Of a stretch of 53,202 nucleotides of DNA, positions 22,501 to 35,954 are shown one piece after another. How positions within the stretch are numbered: position 1 is the first letter of the stretch; every line of letters starts with the position of its first letter. The stretch is from Octopus sinensis (taxonomy: Eukaryota). The translations under genes were made by a program, and so were the position numbers. The stretch spans positions 1-53,202 of the forward strand of contig NW_021832460.1 in the NCBI RefSeq assembly GCF_006345805.1. Reading direction: 5' to 3'. Below the pieces are notes generated by a model. That model saw only the letters and a program-made list of their open reading frames with translations. It was not told the origin of the DNA and did not search any database.

Positions 22501-23580
22501 AGTGGTGGTGTTGGGATCAGGCGGTCAAAGTGGTGTTACATATTTCTTCGTTAATTAAAGGAGGTTGAGCAATGGCCATGACCTTTGCAAGCCCAGCATT
22601 CCTTTCGGGTTCGAGACGTTTTAATTGGTTAATAATGAGGCGAAGAAATCTGCTGTAAGATGGTTTCCTTCGTGTGTTCAAGTGATTGTCTTTTTTTCTC
22701 TTTTTTCGGTTGAAGAAAAGTAGACTGTGAAGCATTCGTTAGGGAGGACAGGTATGAGAAATTCAGGTGTGACTGATTTTTGTGTGTGAGGAGGAGCATG
22801 GATGAGGGTTAAAGGTGTCATTAACAGATTTGTTGGGTGGGGGGGAGCACAGACGAGGGTAGAGGACACTGGCTCGGGAATGAAATTTGCTTAGGGGGTA
22901 CAAACCCAGGTCCAAAAATATTTACAAACAAGGTCTCTTTTTTTTTTTTGCTATTTTTGTGTTTTGTTCTTTGAGAAGGAACCTAACTTCAAGCTACTTT
23001 TTACACGTCACTTTTTAATTACAGTTTTCTAAACCCGAGGAAAATAAGTAGGGCTGCAAATTTTGGTTCTGAACTCCACGAAAATTCTAAGGGGTGCACT
23101 TGCACCACCTGCACCCCCTGTTCCCGGGCCCATGGTGGAGGATGTGATTAATGGACAGAAAAGCTTATAACTCTTGGTGAAACAGTTAAATAACGAAAAG
23201 CGATTCCATTGTCAGTCTTTTTTTTTTAATTTTGGCAATGTATCTTGGAGTACATAATTCAATGTGTCTTTCCTTTTTCATGAAGAGAGTAATTTGTGAG
23301 ATATTTCTACCAATAACTTCACATAAATTCGCTTCATCGTGGAATCTCACAGAAACAAGAAGCAATTTTTCACGCCCAATTAATCATTTGAAATTCAGTA
23401 TTTTTTCTTCCTATTTGTTATAACATTTCTCCGAAAAGTTGCTCCTTTAACAGTAATTTTATTTCACAGAAATACATTGTGCTACAATTTAACAGTGTGT
23501 CAGGATTTACGCTGGATTGACCGTGAACAGCTTCGAAGTTCTGGCTAATCAGTATCGATCTGGAGCTAAATAACAGCAGT

Positions 23581-23611
<31 letters not shown>

Positions 23612-24242
23612 CCGTCCGTCATTAGGAATATTTTGCAGATCTTCATTATTCAGTTGATTGATCGACTAATTAATTGATTGATTCATTGAATGATTGATTG
23701 ATTGATTGATTGATTGACTGATTGTTGTTGTTGTTGTTGTTGTTTGGTTCCCTGTTCATCCCTGATTCAAGAGATCTATTATCGAATGCGTTCCTGCGGT
23801 GATTGCCTCCTCTTGCTCCCAACCACAGAACACCCAGAACTGGGTGTTCTTTATTCCTTAAGTTGGGGCAGATCAAACGGCATGGGTGCTGTTTTTTTAC
23901 TGACCAAAGTTGATTGAATAAGATATGCATTTAGGTGCGGCTAATAATTTTCCTCTGCTCTGTCTTTGGTTTTAGAGGAAACTCTACCCCAATATGTCCA
24001 ATGTCCGAGAGGAATAGTGGCAGGAAGAGAGGAAGAGAGGAGAGGGTAGTAGTAGTAGTGGGAAGACGGGAAGTTAATAGGAGAGAGGGGGACTGGTCCG
24101 AATGTTTACAACACAGTGGAATCTACTAAAAACAACCAAAAGTAAGATGGTATTATTAAACTTATGATTTCATCTACTCCCCTCCCCAAGCAAAATTATT
24201 CCCTTCAACGGGGCTTCCAAGTAGTTTCCGCTTACGAAACTT

Positions 24243-24678
24243 GGATCTTTTCGGTTTGAACGGCAGTTTTTTCTAGCGGTGTCATATGAAATTGTCACCC
24301 ATAATTATGACCCTAATATCGATCTATTGCATTTCAATCTGTTTTAGGGTTAGGGTTCGTTAGGGTTAGGGTTAGGGGTGGGGGAAGTGTATCTTTTTTT
24401 CTTCACAAATGTAAATAAACCCAATCTGTTTCTTAAACGAGGGACATATTCATAAGGCACAAAATGTTTTTTTTACCTCAATGGACGCCATTGATTGGTT
24501 GAAATTGCAGAAATTGAAGAAAAAAAACCCAACAAATATCTTACAAACTATAGAATTTTCTCAATAAAGCCAAGAGAAAAAGATGTTTTATAAACACATT
24601 CTTCCAGTATACGAAGTTTAAAATTTTTTAGTTACCTAGAAATTATGTTAAAAACTGCCGTTCAAACCGAAAAGAACC
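24243..24678 (+). mobile_element. MITE copy 3
   Basis: TIRs; TSD CGAAACTT / CGAAATTT (one mismatch). Confidence 0.9.
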
Positions 24679-25551
24679 CGAAATTTCTCTTACAACGTTT
24701 TTGTAGATTCAATCAGTGCAGTGAGGTTGAAACAGAAAAGTTGAGGATATAAAACAAACCTCAAAAACCACATAAACCGTTCCTGCGCCTAAAAGACTAA
24801 CACGGAATTTCATAAAGCAGAGCGTTAGGCGAGAGAAGCTGTAAAATCGCGTTGGAGATATTTTCATGAAAAAAAAAAGAAAAAAAAGAAAAGAAAACTA
24901 GGCGAGATGTTTACATTTGCTGAATAACTGCACATCACAACAAACTATTTCTATCTGCTTGAGAATGAAGTTATAAAGTCTATTGTCCTTGCACTTGGTG
25001 CCTGCTTTATGAAGACGTACATTGTGTAGAGATGCACAGGTGCGTGTATGTAGGTAAATGTGTGTGTCTGCATCTGTATGCATATATATATATATATATG
25101 TATATGTATATTTATATGTGTATATGTATATATGTATATATATGTGTATATGAATATATATATATATATATATATATGCATATATATATATGTATATATA
25201 TATGCATATATATAATATGTATATATATATATATGCATATATTATATATATGTTATATATATATAATATGCATATATATATGTATGTATATATATATGCA
25301 TATATATTTATGTATATATATATAGCAATATATATGTATGTATATATATATATGCATATATATATATATGTATATATATATATAGATATATATGTATATA
25401 CATATATATATATGTATATATTATATGTATATATATGTGTATATGTATATATATAATGCCCATATATATATGCACATATATATATATGATATATGTATTC
25501 TATGTCTGTCGTTTGCAATTATAATAGTGTGAGAGCGATATATATATATAT

Positions 25552-25610
<59 letters not shown>

Positions 25611-25639
25611 TATAAAAATACAAACTGGGACAATAATAG

Positions 25640-25835
25640 TAAATCAAAATAAAAGAACAAGCGAAAAAAAGCAACAACGCGAGGACGTGGTACATGTAAA
25701 GTATTAGCAGCAGACACTCAGGGAAAGAAAGAAAGATGGTTTAACGTTTCGTGCAACGCTCTTCTTCAGAAACAGAGGAAAATCCAATAAAAAGGAAGAC
25801 GGAGGAGGAAAATCGCCAACGATTCACATGTGGTT
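25640..25835 (-). mobile_element. Penelope-type tail, different subfamily
   Basis: Shares CAACAACGCGAGGACGTGG and AAATCGCCAACG with 12975-13184. Confidence 0.65.
25739..25773 (-). ncRNA. Minimal hammerhead ribozyme motif with intact CUGAAGA core
   Basis: Minus strand GTTT-CTGAAGA-A-GAGC-gtt-GCAC-GAAAC-GTT-AAAC; one mismatch in stem II. Confidence 0.6.
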
Positions 25836-26516
25836 ATACATATAAATAATGCACACATGCGCGCGCACACACACATTACATATATGCATAAGTGTGTATG
25901 CGTATATATATATTTATCTATAGTGTAAATCTGATATAGATTTGTAAGTGTATATGTAGTACAATACTCATCTATCTAAGCAATATATTCGATAGTCAAA
26001 CAAGCAAATAATCAAACAGGCGATAGGCAAATAGAAAGAAATGAACCAGTGTCACGAGAAAAAACGAGTGGAGCGGCGTAATTGGTTTCGATCTTATCTG
26101 AAACCACCATTCAAGGATCAAATAACCAATGGTCTCAATCCAGTGGTAACAGATTGTGTTGTATATCCAACAATGAACAGTCAGGTTAAGTGATTAATCT
26201 TTGATGTCTGATAAAATAAATGCACCATGAGTATACTTTAGGCTGTAAGCAGCAGTAATAGCAGTGAGGTCGTTATTTCGTCCCAAATCAATCCAGACTG
26301 AGCAGACGTTCCAGTTGTGACCAAACCATATGATTAAGGATATTTTAGGACTACGTTATCTTACGTGTCCATCCCATTTTTGAAATGGTAACAGTGTCAT
26401 CTGTAGAGACTACTTCTATAGATTGTACTCTAGAGTATACATTTATATTGCAACTAAATGAACTTCCACGTGTGTATGTGAGTATGTGTGTACGTGTGTG
26501 TGTGTGTGTGTGTGTA

Positions 26517-26599
<83 letters not shown>

Positions 26600-26930
26600 C
26601 ATTGGATATGAGCATCGTTGCTAGACGTTCGACGAACAGCCTTCACGCCACAGATTTGCTTAAGCAAGGCAGAACTTGGACTAAATGACCACGAACTGCA
26701 TTATATGATCAGATCGGTAGATTAACAGATTAAAGGATCGGTGAAGTAGCAGAATGATGAAACGATGAAAGTTTAGAATGGTTTGGGAGCGGTTTAGGTG
26801 AGAGGGAGTGCTTTCGGAGAGAATACGAGCGAGCGAGCAAGCTAGAGTGAGAGAGAGAGAGAGAGAGAAGAGAGGGAGAGAGAGAGAAGGAGATAGACAG
26901 AGAGACAGAGAAAATGTGAGAGAAGAGTAG

Positions 26931-27344
26931 GGATCTTTTCGGTTTGAACGGCAGTTTTTTCTAGCGGTGTCATGAAATTGTCACCCATAATTATGACCCT
27001 ATACGATCTATTTCATTTCAATCTGTTTTGGGTTAGGGTTTGGGTGGGGGGAAGGGTATCTTTTTTTCTTCACAAATGTAAATAAACCCAATCTGTTTCT
27101 TCTTAAACGAGGGACATATTCATACGGCACGGAATGTTTTTAACCTCAATAACGTGATTGATTGGTTGAAATTGCAGAAATTGAAGAAAAAAAAACACAA
27201 ATAGCTTACAAACTATAGAATTTTTTCTTCATAAAGCCAAGAGAAAAAGATGTTTATAAACACATTCTACCAGTATACGGAGTTTAAAATTTTTTAGTTA
27301 CCTAGAAATTATGTTAAAAACTGCCGTTCAAACTGAAAAGATCC
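26931..27344 (+). mobile_element. MITE copy 4
   Basis: TIRs and body; no TSD visible. Confidence 0.9.
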
Positions 27345-27465
27345 GCGTTGTGGATTGGCAGCCGAAGAGTGAACCAGTGGCAGCCGAAGAGAGCAGCAGG
27401 TGTGAAGTGGGCGGCAATGAGGGAAGTATCGATACGTATTGAAGTGATCCTAACCGGAAGTAAAT
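27345..27465. promoter_or_regulatory. Candidate promoter/enhancer motif cluster
   Basis: ATTGG 27354, GGGCGG 27409, TATCGATA 27427 and CCGGAAGT 27454 in a locally GC-richer unique patch. Confidence 0.3.
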
Positions 27466-27859
27466 TTGGGTCAGTGTGACTCGTACTAAGTTTAACTAGG
27501 TTATACATTTACAGGGGTGCAGAGGAAGAGTTGAAGGAAACGGTTTTATTCAAACGGAAGACGAAATTGAGGGGACAGATAGACAACGCGCGAAAGAAAG
27601 AGCAGCATATGTGCATATGTCTATATTTGTGTGTGTGAGTGTGTGTGTGTAAATATACGTAAATATACTTGTAAGTTGGTGTGCGTGAATGTATGTATGT
27701 GTAAATATATATATATACATACATACATACACATATACATATATAATATATACATATATACATATATCATATATATATATACCTAAACATATATACATAT
27801 ATATACATATCTATAGTACTATATATATACATCTGATTACATATATATATATATATATT

Positions 27860-27902
<43 letters not shown>

Positions 27903-27932
27903 TATTACATATATATTATACATATATATACC

Positions 27933-27964
<32 letters not shown>

Positions 27965-28154
27965 GTCCTAGAATATTATATGATATGATGACCTCTATAT
28001 GCATAACATATATATATACATAAGATATATACAACATATAGTATATAATTATACATACAGTGCGTATATATATATCCATATAATTCTAATATATATATAT
28101 ATCCATATACATATATGAGCCTATGGATTTACTAGCTTTGTATTTCTAAGACTG

Positions 28155-28348
28155 ATCGCCGGTTAGCGGACGACGAGGTCCTAGCTTGATGACGAATTCG
28201 GTCACACGAACAGCTTGCTCGTGAAATTAACGTACCAATGGCTGAGCATTCCACAGGACACTTGTACGCCTTAACGTAGTTTTCTCGGGGATAATCAGCG
28301 TGACACCGAGAGTTGACAGGCTGACCCTTTGAAATGACAAGTCAACTC
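28155..28348 (-). mobile_element. Diverged SINE 3' fragment
   Basis: Reverse complement of the 8600-8774 segment. Confidence 0.7.
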
Positions 28349-28871
28349 GTTTTATACACACACACCCATACACCCCACACATATCTATAGATATCTATAT
28401 ATGTATATATATATAATATATATATATATAATATCTATATATATTGTAGACATGAGCGCGATAGACATCAACGGAATCGCCTCCTCATCTGTCCACACAC
28501 GTCTACTTTCTATTCTCCGTATCGTCCTCATACTCATCTCACCTCTATATATCATGAGCGCGAGTCAGCAATCTCCTCCTCTCGTCCTCACTCTCTCTCT
28601 CTCTCTCTCCTCCTACCTCAGAGCGTCTCCTGTGCGGCCTAGAGAGAGAGTAGAGAGATAGAGAGAGAGAGAGGGGTGGGGAGGACATGAGCGAAAATGG
28701 GAATATTTTTCAAATAGAAATTGTTTCCGCTAAAGTGACTTTCGAACGATTTCTGAATATGTGGAACACCTGAAAATCCTTGGCATATATTTCCGATTTA
28801 TTCCACAGCTAAACATGCAGCACTTGATTGGCGACAATCGAAAAGCTGCACCTACATAACGAACGAACATG

Positions 28872-28902
<31 letters not shown>

Positions 28903-28944
28903 GCTCGCGCATTGACACATATATACATAGAAATATATGTATAT

Positions 28945-28975
<31 letters not shown>

Positions 28976-29161
28976 CACACACACACACACATATACTACA
29001 GACACACACACACATATATATGTAAATATATATATTATATATATATATATATATACACACATATATATATATACAACACCACACACACATATATATACGC
29101 ATATATATATATATATATACACACACACATATATATATACACCACATATATATATATACAC

Positions 29162-29194
<33 letters not shown>

Positions 29195-29399
29195 TACATA
29201 TATATATCTATATATATATATATATACATATATTGTATACATACATACATGCATACATACATACATACATATATATATAGATAGATATACATACATATAC
29301 AATCATTCATATATTCATGAATGTATTAGCAAATCCGTGCACATGGATGCATATACATACAATACACATATTTGTTCACGCAGGTACACACACACATAT

Positions 29400-29432
<33 letters not shown>

Positions 29433-29630
29433 TATATATATCTATATATACATACACATATGTGCGAGTGTGTATATGTATGAATAATGTAATGTGTGTA
29501 TGAATATAGCATGTATGTGTGTATATTTATATAATATATATATATATCTATATATATATATTATATAATATATATATATATATAAATACACACATACAGG
29601 CTTATATTCATACACACAATATACATATAC

Positions 29631-29665
<35 letters not shown>

Positions 29666-29742
29666 TATTATATATGATAAAACGGTAAGATAACAAAACA
29701 AAGAAAGAGACCTCAATATTATGTAAATAGAGGAAATTTATC

Positions 29743-30171
29743 TATACAATATGTTACATTACTCGGTAGTCAAGATAAAACTCTGAGTTTCAGATGCCGA
29801 AGTGGAAATCCACAACACCATCTCTTCGGTTATCTGGCTATTTGAAAACGTTATGAAAAAATACCGTTAAAAATGAACGGATAGAACATGCTTTCTGTGT
29901 TATGTCCCAAGAAGATTTTATATATTTTTATATATTTTTATATATTTTTATGTATTTTTATATAATTTTTATGACGAAAAATGCGAGCGATGTATAAGTA
30001 CGCAGGCAAAGCAGAGTTATAACAGAGTAATTTCCCTTCATTTTTAACGGTATTTTTTCATAACGTTTTCAAATAGCCAGATAACCGAAGAGATGGTGTT
30101 GTGGATTTCCACTTCGGCATCTGAAACTCAGAGTTTTATCTTGACTACCGAGTAATGTAACATATTGTATA
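29743..30171. mobile_element. Penelope-type inverted terminal repeat: perfect 135-bp arms with a 159-bp spacer
   Basis: 29743-29877 is the exact reverse complement of 30037-30171; each arm carries a hammerhead-like motif. Confidence 0.8.
30079..30141 (+). ncRNA. Hammerhead-like motif with variant core (mirror copy at 29773-29835, minus strand)
   Basis: Stem I AGATAA / TTATCT; CCGAAGA; stem II GATG / CATC with one extra base; GAAAC-TC-A-GA-GT-T. Confidence 0.5.
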
Positions 30172-30637
30172 TATATATATATATATATATACAACAAATT
30201 AATAAATAAAATATATGCATATATACATGCATATATGTAGGGACCTACAACCACATGTATATATACATGCATATATGGTACAGGACACCAAAAAAACGTC
30301 GAACACAATGAGAAACGAAAACATAAACACAAAACCAAGGAAATGGACATTTTTCTTAAATAACGATAAAATAGAGTACAGGACTGCGCATGTGCATGTG
30401 CGTATATATCTTTTATCGCTCGTTTGTTTTAGTTATTTGACTGCGACCATACTGGAGCACCACTTTGAAGAGTTTCAGTGGAAGGAATCAACCCCAGGTT
30501 TTGTTTTTTTTTAAAGCCAGGTACTTTGTTTTATCGGTCCTTAATTCTTTATTGAAGCGATAAGTTGCAGAAACGGAAACACGCCATCGCCAGTTGTCAA
30601 GCAGTAGTGGGGACAACACAGAAGCAAAAAAGACTAG

Positions 30638-31201
<564 letters not shown>

Positions 31202-31339
31202 ATTGTGATGCAAACGTCTCGATCTGTAAGAAATTTGCCTGATCAGTGTTCTACAAATGCAAAAACTATTGTTTTAGCGCGGATTTGGAGATATTTAGTA
31301 AAAGATGGAGATTTAAAACAACTAAAGAGGAAGATCCCT

Positions 31340-31470
31340 GATGCCTGTGTGACATCGAGAAGCAGATGATGGTGCATCATCCGGATCCTTGGTTCAGTTG
31401 GTGGGAAGCTTTGCAGGAAACTTCTAAGGAATTGGCTATTTCAGCCTGCAGACACGAAACCTCTTGATAT
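31340..31470 (+). pseudogene. Possible highly decayed LINE RT fragment (I/Jockey group)
   Basis: Frameshifted DIEK..GIIRIL..NFLRNWLFQ resembles the RT DIEKAYD region; weak. Confidence 0.3.
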
Positions 31471-31546
31471 TTTAAGTGTAGATTCATCTCAATCCAATAG
31501 TTTATGAATATCTCAGAAATCTGGAGGCCTTAAGAGAAGGAATCAC

Positions 31547-31785
31547 ATCTACGACGATTTCATCTCAATCGAAGGAGAGGGGCTTTCTCCGTCCGGGTGG
31601 CGGATCCGTGGAATAAGCTGCCGGACGAGATAATGAAGATGCCGACGACCGCTCGGTTTAAAGTTTCTCTTGACCAGAAATGGCCTGAACTCTTTGTATG
31701 ACCACCCTCCCTTTACATAACTCCCTGTCCCCGTACATGGCCTTGCTTTTGCTTTTTGAGCCAATAAAAATTGAATTGAATTGAA
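31547..31785 (+). mobile_element. CR1-group LINE 3' end, copy 2
   Basis: Highly similar to 5572-5812; (TTGAA)n tail. Confidence 0.9.
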
Positions 31786-32524
31786 AAAAAATAATAACAT
31801 CAGCCCAAATGATTTTAGGATGGGTCCAAGTTCAAATAACGGAAAATGTTCGGGCGTTAAGGGTCACCCGTGTGACCATTTGTCATTTCCACAAGTATTT
31901 CAGTCCTCTCACAATAAATCTAATATATGCGGTTCCCTATATAAGGGCGCGCAATAAACAAAAAAATATATGCATGGGTGCAGACATCACCATATTTGCT
32001 TTCAAACCACGTAGTTTCGGGTTCGATCTCATTTCGTGACACCTTGCGTTAGTGTCTGAACACTGTCCTTGGGTGAATCGAAGTTTTGTGAATGCAACTT
32101 GGAGGACGGAAACTGTGCGAAAGCCCGTTATGTGTGAGTGTGTGTGTGTGTGGGTGTGTGTGTGGTGTGTGTGTGTGTGTATGTGTGTGTGTGTGTTTGT
32201 GCATGTGTATGCGTACATTGTGTGCGCGCGTGTGTATGCGTATAATGAGAGAGAGAGAGAGAGAGAATCAGTCAGAAGTGTATTCATATAAGTGTGCGCG
32301 TGCGCGTGATTACACATACACACGCCCCCCCCACACACACACACACGCACGCCCCATCTAAGTATGTGCCCCTAACTATCGAAGCCAAACCCCAAACTAA
32401 TACTAGATTCAGTCTGTAAGCGAAGCATCGTTATGTCAAACTTTCTTTGAAATTCAAGTTATAAATCTTCACTGCTGTCATTTCGATTCCGATAATGGAG
32501 CTGAAAGACATGATCACGTGCAAA

Positions 32525-32542
32525 ATGCGCGCGCGCGTGTGC

Positions 32543-32584
<42 letters not shown>

Positions 32585-32724
32585 GTGTGTGCGTGTTTGT
32601 GTGTGTTTGTGTGTGTTTGCGTGTGTGTGTGCGCGTGTGTGTGTTTGCGTGTGTGTGTTTGCGTGTGTGTTGTGTTGTGTGGTGTGTGTGTGTTGTGTGC
32701 GTGTGTGCGTGTGTGTGTTGTGTG

Positions 32725-32771
<47 letters not shown>

Positions 32772-32891
32772 TTTGTGTGTGTTTGTGTGTTTGCGCGTGT
32801 GTGTTTGCGTGTGTGTTTGTGTGTGTGTGTGTGTGTGTGTTTGCGTGTGTGCACGCGTGGTGTGTGTATGTGTGTGTGTGTTGCGTGTGTT

Positions 32892-32929
<38 letters not shown>

Positions 32930-33056
32930 GTGTGTGTGTGTGTGTGTGTGTGCTTGTGTGTGTGTTGCGTTGGTGTGTGCATGCGTGTGTGTGTGTGTGT
33001 GTGTGTGTATGCACGCGCGTGTGTGTATGTTTGTGTGTGTGTTTGCGTGTGTGCAC

Positions 33057-33104
<48 letters not shown>

Positions 33105-33202
33105 GTGCGTATGCGCGCGCGGATGTGTGGGGGTGCATGTCTGTGTGTGGGTGTGTTTGTGTGTGTGTGCGTGCGTGTGCGCGTGCGTTTGAGTGCGTGC
33201 GT
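32525..33202. repeat. Long imperfect (TG)n with interspersed CG
   Basis: Direct reading. Confidence 0.97.
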
Positions 33203-33444
33203 GCCGAAATTCAATAGAGTAGTCAGCATATCCGGAATAGTTACTGAACTGCTTGAGATCGACTGCTCAATCTATGCCATACCTAATTTCACTTCAGATT
33301 TAGGTGACATCTCCAATTCATTTATTTTTCCCTTCCCCAAAATTAGTTCACTTCCATAACGATTTATAATTGTACATCTTTTATTTGTTTCAGTCATCCG
33401 ACTGCGGCCATGATGCAGCACCGCCTTGATGAGTATTCTCTTTT

Positions 33445-33849
33445 TCTTTTACTCTCTCTTTTACTTGTTTCAGTCATTTGACTGCGGCCATGCTGGAGCA
33501 CCGCCTTTAGTCGAGAAAATCGACCCCAGAACTTATTCTTTGTAAGCCTAGTACTTATTCTATCGGTCTCTTTTGCCGAACCGCTAAGTGACGGGGACGT
33601 AAACACACCAGCATCGGTTGTCAAGCGATGTTGGAGGGGGAGAAGCAACACACACACACACACACACACACATACATATATATATACAACGGGCTTCTTT
33701 CAGTTTCCGTCTACCAAATCCACTCACAAGGCTTTGGTCGGCCCGAGGCTATAGTAGAAGACACTTGCCCAAGGTGCCACGCAGTGGGACTGAACCCGGA
33801 ACCATGTGGCTGGTAAGCAAGCTACTTACCACGCAGCCACTCTTACGCC
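33445..33849 (-). mobile_element. SINE family B, full length
   Basis: Minus-strand head GGCGTAAGAGTGGCTGCGTGG, GGTTCAGTCC B-box-like motif, (GAGTAAAA)-type tail. Confidence 0.9.
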
Positions 33850-34180
33850 TATTCTGATCATAATTGATTAAAATTTCCTGGCTTTTCCAATATGCTAAGC
33901 CCAGTTTAGTAACTGAGAAATACTGAACCCAGTAGTAGGAAAGTTTATGTTCCTCAGTTTCATCCGTTGCTATGAAAGAAGGAACTCCCAGCCAGAAACA
34001 ATTAGCAAACTTTGTCAAAATCAAACTTTTTGCGTGTTTATACATTTCGAGGACAGAATTTTCGTCATATTGACTTTCCTTTCAGACACGAGCGGTATCT
34101 AAATTATATATTTTGAATGCTACCTACCATCAACATCATCACCGACACCACCAACACCACCGCCACCACCACCACCACCT

Positions 34181-34430
34181 ATTTCTTTACTACCCACAAG
34201 GGGCTAAACACAGAGAGGACAAACAAGGACAGACAAACAAGGACAGACAAACGGATTAAGTCGATTATATCGAATCCAGTGCGTAACTGGTACTTAATTT
34301 ATCGACCCCGAAAGGATGAAAGGCAAAGTCGACCTCGGCGGAATTTGAATTTGAACTCAGAACGTAACGGCAGACGAAATTCTGCTAAGTATTTCGCCCA
34401 GTGTGCTAACGATTCTGCCATTTCGCCGCC
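34181..34430 (-). mobile_element. SINE family A
   Basis: Matches 10883-11104. Confidence 0.9.
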
Positions 34431-35519
34431 ACCACCAACACCACCAACACCACCACCGTGACCTCCAATTACTTTTTGTATACCCAGAGATCTAAGGCTG
34501 TACAGGTATTGCTAGTGAGGTACGAACTGTTTTCTTTTTACCTGGTTAGATAGAAATATGCGTTTATTATCGATATGTAATTCATTGAAATAAATAACGA
34601 ATCACAGCGGATCCGACACTCAATCGCAAAAATAATATTGGTTTCAAATTTTGACACAAGACCAACAGTTTCGGGGGAGGGTTTCGAAGTCGATTACATC
34701 GGTCCCAATGTTCAACTGGTATTTATTTTATCAACACCGAAAAGAAGGCGAAGTTGGCATCGGCAGAATGCAATCCCAGAGCGTGAGCACCTACGGGATG
34801 CTGCTACATATTTTTCTTGGCGTTGTTCGATTTTCTTTGGACATGGTATGAAAATCACCAATGTCTCAAAGGAGTGAGTGTCGTGGAGTTGAGTTACATC
34901 CAGCAAACACTGAAGTTTTTCCAAAAATCCAGGGTTTTTATAACTGCTCAACTTGACTTAACCCTTTCGTTACTGTATATATTTTGAGATGCTCTGTGTT
35001 TCTTTCAATTACTTTAAATATAACAAAGAATTTAGTAAAATAACTTAGCTTTCATTCAGCTAGTGTTAGGAACATAAATTGTGACTAAGGTTTGGTGGAA
35101 GATTTTAATTCAAAACTTATGAAAACAAGATATTTGTAATCTGAGCCAGAGCCAGTTTCAGCCGGGTTGGTAATGAAAGGGTTAAAAGAATCGAAATCAC
35201 ATACATATATTCTTTAAGTAACTTTTATAATCTCTATATGAGCAGTTATATTAACTAATGGAAAAACGATAATAATATTTCTTCAGCAATACGACATTAC
35301 GTCATATTGCCAGCTACCACCAATTGGCGCGTTATTTTAAAATGGCTCCTTGCTACAGCGTAATAACGATTCTGCCAGCTCTCCACCTTAATCATGGAAA
35401 GAATATTACAGAGACAATCTTTATAAACGATACGATTTATTGTCTTTCAGCAGAATTACAATTCAAGAAATGTAATAGTGGCACTGAGAATTGAGAGAGA
35501 TATGCTGGTGATTAAGGAC

Positions 35520-35786
35520 ACTGAAGATCCTTGATCAGAGATTGAACTAAACAACTTCTGAGGCCCGAAGGACTGCCAAACAAGAAGAAAGTAAAAAAAA
35601 AAGGAGTCGCAGAAAAATATGCAAGAACAACCAACAAGGAACCTTCCATCCGGAATCACCTGTTCTGCTTATGGAAGGAACTTCTGAGCAAGACTTGGAC
35701 TCATCGATCACCTCAAAATCCATCAATATCTACGATAAAAAACCAAAGACCAACACGCTCGATCTTGAGGGACGGCGATGATGATA
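35520..35786 (+). mobile_element. RTE/BovB-like LINE 3' end
   Basis: SGITCSAYGRNF*ARLGLIDHLKIHQ decayed C-terminal zinc-finger-like motif; (GAT)n tail. Confidence 0.7.
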
Positions 35787-35954
35787 AGTTCACGTGACAG
35801 CGAATAACACACAAGATGGTCATATCAGAGAAAAGCATTATACATCACACAGTAAATCGAATATAGCACACTAAAGCATATCATACGATGCCCCATCACA
35901 TCGCACTTCATATCAGATTAAAGCGTATCACGTGACCCAGCAACTCGTCATATC

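Noticed and set aside
22517-22735. Protein-like minus-strand frame SRFLRLIINQLKRLEPERNAGLAK
   Set aside because: Acceptor and donor are both weak
22871-23130. Short inverted ends GGCTCGGGAA / TTCCCGGGCC suggesting a small MITE
   Set aside because: Only 10 bp with a mismatch, no TSD, single copy in the window
24898-25518. Long Y/I/H/T/C/V-rich ORFs here and at 28730-29426, 30488-31242, 32431-33359, 37026-37484 and 51671-53194
   Set aside because: They are translations of (TA)n, (CA)n, (TG)n and (TACG)n repeats, which lack stops by composition
33749-34045. 98-aa minus-strand ORF (FWLGVPSFIATDETEEHKLSYYW..)
   Set aside because: Runs into a SINE, lacks splice signals and has no recognised family
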